Position numbers and translations under genes: made by a program
Shown here: one piece after another, positions 45,396 to 55,000 of the stretch
How the letters are laid out: every line of letters starts with the position of its first letter
Numbering within the stretch: position 1 is the first letter of the stretch
The notes under the pieces: generated by a model
What the model saw: only the letters and a program-made list of their open reading frames with translations
Told to the model about the DNA's origin: nothing
Database searches by the model: none
DNA from: a virus
Taxonomy: Duplodnaviria; Caudoviricetes
Length of the DNA stretch: 64,000 bases
Virus record (IMG/VR): IMGVR_UViG_3300043822_000021
Coordinates: 4,641 to 68,640 of that record
Strand: one strand, 5' to 3'

Positions 45396-45424
45396 AGTAT
45401 ACATCAACTATGAAATTTTGTCAA
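45396..45424 (-). promoter_or_regulatory. sigmaA promoter for the xis/replication operon
   Basis: TTGACA-17 nt-TATACT. Confidence 0.8.
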
Positions 45425-45548
45425 TACCCAAAGAATTTCCTTTCATATATCCCTATTTTAGCAGAACAAATGTTCGCAATCAAGACATTTCTTCATATTT
45501 TCATATAACTTCATATATGGTATAATATTACTATGAGAGGTGATTTGA

Positions 45549-46628
45549 ATGAGCAGAAAAAAGGGCAATGGCATGGGGACTGTGTACCGTAGGAAAGACG
45601 GGACATACTGCGTACAACGTACCATTGGTGGGCATCGTGTGACTGCATATGGCAGGAATAAAACAGAAGCCCTTGCCAAAATGAATAAGAAGTTGATATC
45701 CTATCAGTACACAGATAAAGATAAATCATTAGTTACAATGAGTGAATATATTGAGGTGTATAAGAAAACTATACCGGAAGCAAAAAGAACAACTGAAGAT
45801 GTAAGGGCTTTTATATTTGGCCATATAGACAGATTGCTAGGGGATACACTAATAGAGAAAATTAGTGATGATACTATCATACACGTTGTCTCCGATTTGG
45901 CAAAAACTCTTTCAAGCTCTACAACAATATTAATTATCTCCAGAACACTGGGAATATTGGAACATGCCAGACGGCATGGTTACAATATAAAAACAACATG
46001 TACTACTCACGACGTATTCCATCAAAGGAAAAAATTAAAAGAACTGCCATCCATCGAAGATGCTTTGACAGTAATTAATGATGTACATAATTTTATATTC
46101 CAGTGTTGTGGGTACATATCCTTATACTCTGGATTAAGGAGGGGAGAAATATGCGGGCTTCAATGGTCTGATATTAATATGGAAACCGGTGTCATTCATA
46201 TCAACAAGCAAATAGTGGTCACTAGGGATGGATCAAATTACATTACAAGCCCCAAGAATGGTATTGTAGGACAAACAGCGCAACTTATGGATTGTGGGAT
46301 AAATAAATTACGTGAATTGTCGGAGTATTACAAAGAGCATAATATCAAATCAGACTTTGTTTTTGTGTTCCACGATAAACCAGTAAACCCCAGTAGTCTG
46401 GGATGTACATTCAGGAGGGCATTTTTAGCACACGGGATTCACGGGTTCTCCTTTCATGTGTTCAGACATTTACATGCCAGTTTGCTGGCTAGTAATAATA
46501 TCCCATTAATCGCCATAACAAAGCAATTACGGCATTCAAACCCAAGTACCACAGATAGATACCTACACTCTATCACAGACGCCTCTGCGGACGATATTAG
46601 GCGCATAAAAATAAGCCCGTTGCAGTAG
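45549..46628 (+). CDS. int: Tyrosine integrase
   Basis: GLRRGEICGL, HVFRHLHAS, LRHS and TTDRY give the R-H-R-H-Y catalytic set; N-terminal arm-binding domain G.GTVYRRKDG. Confidence 0.95.
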   Translation: MSRKKGNGMGTVYRRKDGTYCVQRTIGGHRVTAYGRNKTEALAKMNKKLISYQYTDKDKSLVTMSEYIEVYKKTIPEAKRTTEDVRAFIFGHIDRLLGDTLIEKISDDTIIHVVSDLAKTLSSSTTILIISRTLGILEHARRHGYNIKTTCTTHDVFHQRKKLKELPSIEDALTVINDVHNFIFQCCGYISLYSGLRRGEICGLQWSDINMETGVIHINKQIVVTRDGSNYITSPKNGIVGQTAQLMDCGINKLRELSEYYKEHNIKSDFVFVFHDKPVNPSSLGCTFRRAFLAHGIHGFSFHVFRHLHASLLASNNIPLIAITKQLRHSNPSTTDRYLHSITDASADDIRRIKISPLQ

Positions 46629-46835
46629 TGTTGCAGTAGTTACTTTAACAAATGTGACAACCAAGCCAATGACAAGGCTTTATTCGGTTTTATAGCAAAA
46701 AAGCAAATGTTTATCACACAACCCCATAACTATCGCATTTACTGGATATATTAATATTTTACCACAATTTTTTGTACGATATTATGCAACATAAACAACA
46801 TAAACGATACTGCGGTTGCAGTAAATATTGCAGTA
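46620..46835. other. attP-like region with four arm-type repeats
   Basis: TTGCAGTA at 46620, 46631, 46816 and 46828, as two pairs flanking an AT-rich core just 3' of int. Confidence 0.65.
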
Positions 46836-46868
46836 AATTTATCATGTCCAGACTCCTATGATAATGTG

Positions 46869-46897
46869 TTGACTATATCATGAAACGATTATAAAAT
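46869..46897 (+). promoter_or_regulatory. sigmaA promoter for the repressor
   Basis: TTGACT-17 nt-TAAAAT. Confidence 0.7.
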
Positions 46898-46920
46898 AGT
46901 TCATATAAGGAGTGATAGCC

Positions 46921-47244
46921 ATGAATATGAAGGAAGTGGGGGAACGAATAAAATACCTTCGCCAAAAGCACCAGATGTCTCAGGCAGATTTAGCTAAAAG
47001 AATTGGTACATCTCAGGCAGTTATATGGAGATGGGAATCTGGTATAGGTAAATATATATCAGACAAGAATTTAGATAGACTATGTTCTATATTTGAATGT
47101 TCTCGTGAATATCTTCTGATAGGTAAAGATACTCCATTTGATTACCCGGACAGAATACGGGAATTTTTACAAAACCCAGATAATAGAAATGATGTCATAG
47201 ATGCGGTAATGGGTATCATGGAGAAAAGGACAAGGAACGATTGA
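46921..47244 (+). CDS. XRE-family HTH repressor
   Basis: RIKYLRQKHQMSQADLAKRIGTSQAVIWRWESG; no peptidase domain. Confidence 0.9.
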   Translation: MNMKEVGERIKYLRQKHQMSQADLAKRIGTSQAVIWRWESGIGKYISDKNLDRLCSIFECSREYLLIGKDTPFDYPDRIREFLQNPDNRNDVIDAVMGIMEKRTRND

Positions 47245-47280
47245 TGTTTAAGTGGTCTGCTTTTTGGCGACCCATTTGTA

Positions 47281-47314
47281 AAAAAAAATAAAGCCCCTTT
47301 CGGGGCTTTTATTT
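47281..47314. terminator. Bidirectional terminator between the repressor and polymerase genes
   Basis: AAAGCCCC-TTTC-GGGGCTTT with A- and T-runs on either side. Confidence 0.85.
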
Positions 47315-50170
47315 ATGTTGGCATTCATGGAAGTCCATGATGCGTGATGCTCTTAATTTCATTTCATACACCTTATGTGCCTTCAACTCCTTATATCTCT
47401 GGTTGAATATCACCAAATCCCTGACTTCTCTGTTGTCTCTGACTTTTACGAACGCCATCGGTTTACCATTGCGTGTCTTGCGCCCCTTCACCTCTAATAC
47501 TTCATACCCGAATACGGTTACATTATTGACCGCCTTCATCTCGAAGTCTTCAAAGATATCACAGAACGACATACCGATTACTTTGGCTTCCTCTTCGGCC
47601 TTGTTATACATAGTTTCTGTATATTTAAACGGCGGCCTTGATTTTCTTTTGTCCTTGAACCAAGTCACATATTGTATCATTTCATCACGGTTCCCATCGA
47701 ACGCTCCGGCTTTGATAAGATTCTCAATTACACGTTTGTTTAAAGAACCGTAGGAATCCATGAATAACTTAAAATCTTTAGGTGCATCCTTGGGTATTTC
47801 TACATTCCCTACACCACTTATGCAATTCAGCCCCAGTATGATGTACCCTCCATTTTCGTCATAGTCTGCGTAGCAGTTTCTATGTTCCAGTGTTGGTGGG
47901 AATATCCTGATGCCGGACTTTTTGCAATCCATTATATAATCCACTAGTTTTGGCTTATCCTTACAGTTGCTATCCAAAAGGCTTGCCATAAAATACGGGC
48001 GATAATGGCACTTGAACCATGCCGTTGCCCAAGCAGTCATACCATAAGCGGCAGAATGGCCCCTATTAAATCCATAAGAGGCGAACGTTACGATGTTATC
48101 CGTTATTTTCTTCATCACTTCCCGTGGATGGCCGTTCTGTACACCTTTTTCTATCATATCATCTATTACTGGTTGCATTTCATCAACCTTTTTCCTGCCT
48201 ACGATTCTCCGCAGGTTATCCGCCTGACCTAATGTATATCCACAAAGGGCCTGTGCAATCTGCATAATCTGTTCCTGATACACAATAATCCCTTCTGTAT
48301 CTTTTAGTATAGGTTCCAGTTTCGGATCGTCATACACAACCTTTTCCTGATGGTTTCTACGTTTAAGGAAGTGTTCAACCATCCCGGAATCCAACGGCCC
48401 CGGACGACCCAAGGCAACGACGGCCACCATATCTTCTACGGTCTTTACGTTCATCCGTCTGATGATATTCGTCATTACCTGAGATTCTATCTGGAAACAT
48501 CCTTTTGTATCGCATCGTCTCAGCATTTCTGCAGTGGCTTTATCATCGGTGGGAATCCGGGATATATCTATGTTCTTCCCAATACGATGCTTTGTCTGCT
48601 CCAGTACATCCAAAGTTTCCAGACCAAGGATATCAAGTTTTAACAACCCCTGAGCTTCAAGCTGGTGGAAGTCATGACATACCACCATATCATCGCCCTG
48701 CTTTTCTACAGCTGTCCAGTTGCATACATCCTCTGGAGCTACCAGTACGGCAGAAGCATGTTTACCATAGGAAATGATATGGCCACGGAATTTCATGGCC
48801 AATGCCTTCCATTCTTTTTCCTTGTGGGTCGTGGAGGGCATATCTTCGACGTTGACTAAGTTCTTCGATACCTTATTAATAACCGCCGGTTCAACTCCTA
48901 ATGCCTGACCAGCTCTTTGTACAGCTGATTTTTCCTTTATATACGATGTTGTTCTAATCTGGTATACTTCGCCGTACCGTTGCTGAATGTAATTGATTAC
49001 CTCGTTTCTTCTGGGAGTAGACACATCTGTGTCCACGTCCGCTGGGGTTACACGTTCTGGGTTGGCGAACCGTTCAAATACGAGGTTATACTTAATCGGG
49101 TCTATCTGTGTGATACCCATCAACCAAGCTACGGTACTTCCGACAACACTACCACGGCCAAGGCCGGTTGGGATATTGTTTTCTCTACACCACCGCAACA
49201 TATCATCAATGATGCAGAAATAATTCATATAACCGAGCTGATTCAGTACATCCAGCTCGTGCTTAACCTGCTTTATATACACAGCTTTATTTGGATAACT
49301 GGCAATACCCATGTTCTTGTACCCTTCGTTGCACTTATCTCTGACATACGTTTCTGGGTCATCACAAAACACTGGGTAATGTTCTCCACCAAATTCTATT
49401 TCAACGTTACATTTATCTACGATTTCCTGTACATTCTCGATGTAGGGTCTAGTATCAATACCATACTGATTGAACCAGTCGATAATTTCCCCTTCGCTAC
49501 GCAGATAATAGTCGTCAGAGGCATAATACTGGGAATCATCACCAAGGCCTAGCCACAATTTATGTGCCTGAATATCTTCTTTATTGATATAGTGGCTGTC
49601 CAAGGTGATAATAGTCTTTACTTCCGAGAAATAATCGGCCCATTTCTGGTTGTATTCAATCTGTTCGGGGAAGTCATGAGGTTGAATTTCCACATACAAA
49701 TCTTCACTACCGAATACTTCTAATAAGTCATTATATACTGTCAACGGGTCTCCTGCACTCAATGGCCCAGCGACACAGGCCGTGGTGCAGATAAGCCCTT
49801 CATGGTATTCACGGAGTGCTTCTATGCCGATACGTGGCTTGCGATAAAAATGCTTGTGGGCATACGTATCCAATTTCATCAGATTCTTGTATCCTGTATT
49901 GTTTTTAGCAAGAATTAACAGGTGATAGGTGGGAGTATCATTAATCGTAATCTCGTTTGTATAATAGAACTCACAACCAAGGATAGGCTTGATTCCCTGT
50001 TTCTTACATTCTTCGTAGAAATCAATCAGCCCGGTAACTGTTCCATGGTCTGTAATAGCCAGAGCCGGATAGCCAAGTTCTTTGGCTTTGCTTACTAATT
50101 CTGGTATTTTGGCAAATCCGTCGTGCAGACTTGCGTCGGTGTGTTGGTGTAGATTAGAAAACATATACAT
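47309..50170 (-). CDS. dnaE: DNA polymerase III alpha subunit (family C)
   Basis: PHP domain LHQHTDASLHDG...AITDH; GRGSVVGS, ADVDTD, KLDILGL, YQEQIMQ and YGFNRGHS motifs. Confidence 0.95.
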   Translation of the reverse strand: MYMFSNLHQHTDASLHDGFAKIPELVSKAKELGYPALAITDHGTVTGLIDFYEECKKQGIKPILGCEFYYTNEITINDTPTYHLLILAKNNTGYKNLMKLDTYAHKHFYRKPRIGIEALREYHEGLICTTACVAGPLSAGDPLTVYNDLLEVFGSEDLYVEIQPHDFPEQIEYNQKWADYFSEVKTIITLDSHYINKEDIQAHKLWLGLGDDSQYYASDDYYLRSEGEIIDWFNQYGIDTRPYIENVQEIVDKCNVEIEFGGEHYPVFCDDPETYVRDKCNEGYKNMGIASYPNKAVYIKQVKHELDVLNQLGYMNYFCIIDDMLRWCRENNIPTGLGRGSVVGSTVAWLMGITQIDPIKYNLVFERFANPERVTPADVDTDVSTPRRNEVINYIQQRYGEVYQIRTTSYIKEKSAVQRAGQALGVEPAVINKVSKNLVNVEDMPSTTHKEKEWKALAMKFRGHIISYGKHASAVLVAPEDVCNWTAVEKQGDDMVVCHDFHQLEAQGLLKLDILGLETLDVLEQTKHRIGKNIDISRIPTDDKATAEMLRRCDTKGCFQIESQVMTNIIRRMNVKTVEDMVAVVALGRPGPLDSGMVEHFLKRRNHQEKVVYDDPKLEPILKDTEGIIVYQEQIMQIAQALCGYTLGQADNLRRIVGRKKVDEMQPVIDDMIEKGVQNGHPREVMKKITDNIVTFASYGFNRGHSAAYGMTAWATAWFKCHYRPYFMASLLDSNCKDKPKLVDYIMDCKKSGIRIFPPTLEHRNCYADYDENGGYIILGLNCISGVGNVEIPKDAPKDFKLFMDSYGSLNKRVIENLIKAGAFDGNRDEMIQYVTWFKDKRKSRPPFKYTETMYNKAEEEAKVIGMSFCDIFEDFEMKAVNNVTVFGYEVLEVKGRKTRNGKPMAFVKVRDNREVRDLVIFNQRYKELKAHKVYEMKLRASRIMDFHECQHK

Positions 50171-50196
50171 TCCTCCTTTTACTCATTATATGATAT

Positions 50197-50225
50197 ATTT
50201 TAACATCATTTTATGAAGTTTGCAA
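50197..50225 (-). promoter_or_regulatory. sigmaA promoter for dnaE
   Basis: TTGCAA-17 nt-TAAAAT. Confidence 0.65.
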
Positions 50226-50229
50226 GGAA

Positions 50230-50264
50230 CAAAAAAAAAATAGCCACCGAATTAACGGTGGCTA
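50230..50264 (-). terminator. Terminator ending the lysis cassette
   Basis: TAGCCACCG/CGGTGGCTA stem followed by a T-run on the minus strand. Confidence 0.8.
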
Positions 50265-50390
50265 AATTCACAGAATGCTCAAAATTGTTAATCTTTACCG
50301 TGTATGTCGGTAAAAATTTGTCTCCAGATGTTCTCAGGTATAATTTGTCGTGGAGGAAATTAATATTGAAAAAAACGTGTCCTATGACAG

Positions 50391-50834
50391 TTATTTTGCA
50401 ATGAAAGCTCCAAGCAGGATACCGGCTACAGTCCAGCCTGTCTTATTCTGCCTGTTCTTGACCTGAAGCTTGTGTTTCAGAGAGTCCATTTGCTTCGTCA
50501 ATGTCTCTAAATTCTTCTCCAATTTCTCCGATGATTCGTTGGCTGTCGCTAATGACTGCTGAGCTTTGTTCATTGCGTCCTCGCAGTCCATCAGTTGTTT
50601 CTTCAGCCTGTCTAATTCCTGCTTGTCCACGTTCGAGTTCTGCTCTAGTACGTTCAAGTTCAGTTCTAATTGTGCGATTTTCATCTTTAAGTTGTTGTAT
50701 CGTGTTATAGGCATTTTCACTGTCTGCTCTGGCTGACTGGATACTATCGTAGACGGTGATTCCGCCAATGACACAGACAGCGGCAAGAGCAACAATAATA
50801 AGCCAACGAATAATACTTTTATTTTGTTCCACAT
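50391..50834 (-). CDS. Spanin-like component: signal peptide, coiled coil and C-terminal hydrophobic anchor
   Basis: ATG at 50834 after GGAGG; MWNKIKVLFVGLLLLLLPLSVSLA|E, heptad coil, WTVAGILLGAFIAK; no lipobox Cys. Confidence 0.7.
   Translation of the reverse strand: MWNKIKVLFVGLLLLLLPLSVSLAESPSTIVSSQPEQTVKMPITRYNNLKMKIAQLELNLNVLEQNSNVDKQELDRLKKQLMDCEDAMNKAQQSLATANESSEKLEKNLETLTKQMDSLKHKLQVKNRQNKTGWTVAGILLGAFIAK
50443..50832 (-). CDS. i-spanin-like component, fully embedded in another frame
   Basis: GTG at 50832; N-terminal TM (WLIIVALAAVCVIGGITVY) followed by a long coiled coil. Confidence 0.65.
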   Translation of the reverse strand: MEQNKSIIRWLIIVALAAVCVIGGITVYDSIQSARADSENAYNTIQQLKDENRTIRTELERTRAELERGQAGIRQAEETTDGLRGRNEQSSAVISDSQRIIGEIGEEFRDIDEANGLSETQASGQEQAE

Positions 50835-50835
50835 C

Positions 50836-51405
50836 TTACCCCTCCATATACGAAATATCAGCATCTAATTTTTGGTCTCCGAACCATTCTTTGTCTGAGT
50901 ACTGCCAAATATCGCACTGTAAATCCGGCTGGTAGTTATACTGTGCCAGCCAAATGACATAACGGTCTTTAAGGTGGCCAAAATCAAGACGATTGGTAAA
51001 CCAATCGTAATTAGCGTACACACCAGCACGCAGACCATGACCATCAGCAAATGCATCACACATATCAGTGCACTGGCTATAATCAATCCCATTCCTATCC
51101 CTCCAACCGTCAGCATCTTCTTGGTCGTAGAACACAGGAAGTTCAAGCAGTCCTCCCCAAGCGTCAATAATTTCACGGCAGTATTCTCCTTCTCTTCGGG
51201 CCGCATCAGCATCCAGCGCATATGAATACCAATAAGCCCCGACTTTGAACCCCCGGTTCAATGCTTCGTTGGCATATTCTTCAAACTTTTCATCTTTGTG
51301 TCCCTGACCCCAACCGGCACGGACAATAACAAATTCGACGCCTGCTTCCTGCAGTGCACCCCAATCTACATAACTCTGGTTTTCAGAAATATCTACACCT
51401 TTAAT
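50836..51405 (-). CDS. GH25 muramidase endolysin, catalytic domain only; apparent ATT start
   Basis: The frame is open upstream of the track ORF: IKGVDISENQ...FVIVRAGWG...GAYWYSYA...FYDQED...WQYS. The first in-frame codon after the stop and RBS is CGA-ATT. Confidence 0.88.
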   Translation of the reverse strand: MKGVDISENQSYVDWGALQEAGVEFVIVRAGWGQGHKDEKFEEYANEALNRGFKVGAYWYSYALDADAARREGEYCREIIDAWGGLLELPVFYDQEDADGWRDRNGIDYSQCTDMCDAFADGHGLRAGVYANYDWFTNRLDFGHLKDRYVIWLAQYNYQPDLQCDIWQYSDKEWFGDQKLDADISYMEG

Positions 51406-51707
51406 TCGTCATCACTCCTATCTTTCTTTGGCTCAATCCTCGTAGCAGGAGGGCATGGGAATTGACCATTTGGACTATTCTTAGCTGAATCTACCAGCCA
51501 CTTAAACAGCCCTACAAGACCTACACCACATGCACTGATACCCTGCCAGCAGGAATTGATTTCAAAACGAGTACCCCATAAACCATTAGACCAATACCCA
51601 TATACCCATGACACGAGCACTATGGAGGCGGCGAACAGACCAAAACCCATGCAGATAATGGCCATATTCCGCTTCACGGCAGACATGAAATTTTTTATGT
51701 GTCTCAT
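51393..51707 (-). CDS. Holin-like membrane protein
   Basis: Two hydrophobic spans and a charged C-terminus; directly upstream of the endolysin. Confidence 0.7.
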   Translation of the reverse strand: MRHIKNFMSAVKRNMAIICMGFGLFAASIVLVSWVYGYWSNGLWGTRFEINSCWQGISACGVGLVGLFKWLVDSAKNSPNGQFPCPPATRIEPKKDRSDDELKV

Positions 51708-52048
51708 AAGCGTTCCAGCTTGTTCTGTATCAATTCAATCCTTGTCTCCATGGACTGAAATCTCTCTTTGAAGTGTGCCTCATCTACAAGCATCTGCCTC
51801 TGCTCTGTGCCCAGTTTATCAACCAAGTTGCTCAGACTGGATATACTATGGGATAGTTGGTCGTATTTATTACTTAATGCTTTGGCTCGTTCCTGTTCTC
51901 TTTCTTCCTTCATTCTGTCATACTTTTCTTTCCATTTGCGTTCTTCTTCACGGTGGTCGAAATATGGCTTGAGAATCCCCTGTCTGAATCCTGCAAGAGC
52001 CGTAAACACAACCCCTAACGCTTCTAATACGATAATGATGCTCTCCAT
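51704..52048 (-). CDS. Membrane-anchored coiled-coil lysis-cassette protein
   Basis: N-terminal TM followed by a coiled coil. Confidence 0.6.
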   Translation of the reverse strand: MESIIIVLEALGVVFTALAGFRQGILKPYFDHREEERKWKEKYDRMKEEREQERAKALSNKYDQLSHSISSLSNLVDKLGTEQRQMLVDEAHFKERFQSMETRIELIQNKLERL

Positions 52049-52066
52049 CCATCTCCTCCTTAAATT

Positions 52067-52089
52067 AAAAGGGGCGGATTACCGCCCCT
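52067..52089 (-). terminator. Terminator after the giant virion gene
   Basis: GGGGCGG/CCGCCCC stem with a T-run on the minus strand. Confidence 0.75.
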
Positions 52090-55000
52090 GCTTAAACGAC
52101 TCTAATTTTCTTATATCATTTGCTTCTTTGGAATGATTCGTTTTGTTCACACTCGATTTATCATTCTTCTTTGGCTTTTCATCTTGGAGAGTAGCTATTC
52201 TCTTATCACTCAGTCCGTATATACGCAATGCCTGATAGTTGGCCATCGTCGGATGCTTTTTATATTCTTCTATCGCCTTATCTGTGTGTTCCTGCATAAT
52301 CTTCTTGCTCTGGCTAATAACTCTGTTTAAATCAGCTCCGTGTGATTCTTCTACTGGCCTGAAACCTAATATCTTGAGCATCTTATCGTAATTATCATAT
52401 TGTGTAATCAGATTGCCATGGCTGTCGGCATAACCACCTTTGGCAAGACTCTTTGCCACTGTGGCACGGGAAGTAAGGGCTTCTGCCATACCCATGTAAT
52501 CTCCCTTTTTAGCGCTGGACAATAATCTCTGGGCGGTTGTGTACGTAGGCCCGGCATCGAATGAAGCGGCGTCATTCAGCCCTATACGTCCAGAAATATC
52601 AATCCCGGCTAATGACGGGGCACCGTACATAGCTACATTGGCAAACGCTTTCCTCTGAGGACTGTTGCCAGCCCATTCCATGATAGCTTTCTTAGCGGCT
52701 AGTTTCGGGTCTACGCCCGTTACTGTTGCCACTGTATCATCGAACAGATCAAGACATGGTAATCCAAAAATACCTCCCATTAACATGAGAGGAACGAGGA
52801 ACCGGATATTTTCTTCTTTCGTATTGCCACGTAGGAAGTTCAATGTAAAGAAAGGATACTTCTTAAACTGCATTATCAGCTTGCCTGTTACACCAAGACC
52901 TGATAGCCCAAGTGGTGTATTGACAACACTGTAATCAAAGTTTGTTTCCCTTACTACACGGTCTACGTACTTTAGCATATCATTGTGCGTCAGTTTTTCG
53001 GCTTCTTCAAATGTCTTACCTTTCTTCAGATATTCCTTCATCTTATCTTTCTTTATTTCGTGTTCAAATTTATACATAGCACCAATAGCCGTTGCCTGAC
53101 GGGCCTTGATGTCGCCACGGTTGAAGAAGTACATGGAAGCTTCGGCAATATCACCAAACGATTTGCCTCTCAAAAATTTTCTATTTTTATCCATGAACCA
53201 AGACGGCTTACCTGTCATTTCTCTATCCAAGCTGGGGATAGAATCGTACAGCCCGATATAATCAAATATTTCTCCGTATTTCTTATTCAGTTCTTTGTCA
53301 TTGTATAAACCTTTATTTTTGAAGGCTTCTCTAAGGCCAAACCGAAATGCCTTGCTCATGCCGATAAACTTATTACCACCAAGTTTTGCATTGGCATTGA
53401 GTAACTGCGACAACTGGACAGCACCAGATGACACATTGAACATACCAAGTTTCAGTACATTCTGTGCTCCCAATATCTTGCCGGCTACATCTGTATACGG
53501 ATTAGGAGACCACTTGCGAATCCAAGCACCGAATCCCGGAATGGATTTAAGGACACTGTTCAGCATATTATCCAGCCATGTGATATTTCGTTTACTTAAT
53601 ACAGCATTAATATATTCCTGACAGTACGCCTGCTCCTTATTCATAGCTGGTAAGGTAAAGTCACGTTTGAATCTCTGGGCATATGCCTTTTTGGCTTCCT
53701 GACTGAACATTTCATTACCAGCGTAGGCGGCCGCATCCGTCAGATACCGGTATACAGAATTCTGTACATTGAAGCTGTACCCGTCTGCATCCGTGCGGTG
53801 CATCAAATGGGCATTGAATACGCCGTGGCGGTTACACTTATCAAGGATTTTGGCTACATCTTCTTTAGTAAGCTGTGAACCTTTGTATTTTTCCATCTCC
53901 TTGATGATGCCAGTAGCACGAATCTGCTTCTTTGTCCTTCCGTTGTCCTGCACCTTCTTGGACAGGTCTTTCAGAATGACTTTTGCAGGCACGGTAGTTG
54001 CCCCGGCCTTGAATCTCTTATTGAGGAGGTTCGTAAGAAGCTTCATACCTTCGCCGTGTTCTTCCAAGGACTCGTTCATATCAGCAAATGACATTGTTTT
54101 GCCTTCTTCTATTTCTTTGATTTCATCATCCGTTAAATATTCTCTGTCATGCTGATTGATACCGACACGAATCTGGTCGATCGGGCTAAGTTCGATAACG
54201 TAAGATTTTACTCCTTCCGCTGACAGCTTCTTGGCCATCTTCTGCGCTTCGCTCTGGTTATAGAACGATGTGACTCGCTTAGTTCCCATCTTGTCTTTTA
54301 CCATGACAACAAAAGGCAGATGATAACGGGGGAAGAACCCCTGTTTCTTTGGAGGAATCTTGACATCATACTGACTGGCTACGCTTACCATGTCAGCATA
54401 TGCTTCATCCATGAGTTTACGGTATTCGGTGAATTTATCAGCAAGTTTCGCTTTCTGTTCGTTGGAAAGTTCTTCGGTGGTAACGTCGTCAAACATATCA
54501 GCTACGGCCTGTTTATAGTTTTTCTTTGCATATGCGTCGGCGGCATTCTTCTTGCTAAATACACGATTTTTGTCTTTTACTGCATATACCAACGCCTTGA
54601 GTCCGTCTTCACCTGCTACCATGGACATTTTTACTTCACCGTTTTTGTATTCACCCGTGCGTTTAAGCTCTACTAATTTGCTCTTTGCATCATTGATGTT
54701 ATTGTATGCTTCGATGAAGTCGCCATCACGGTATACGATATATGTATCCTTACCTGCTGACATTACCTGAACGGGGTCTCTCCCGTTCTTATCGCAATAC
54801 AGGATAGCACGGTTCAGGACTCTGCGCTCGTTGTCTTTAAGCCCACGATATATATGGGAATATTTTCCCATATATCTCTGTAGCGTTCTATTCTTTATTT
54901 TCTGTGCCTTAACTGCGTAGTCAAAAATTTTAGAAGCCGCTCCGCCAATCATATCTTTCAGGATAGCTTCTGGCGTTCTCCAGAACCGGTCTGCATAGCT

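Noticed and set aside
45402-45418. TTCATA...TGATGT in the spacers of the xis and dnaE promoters as a repressor operator
   Set aside because: The spacing differs (2 versus 3 nt) and the other promoters do not share it, so it is too weak to report.
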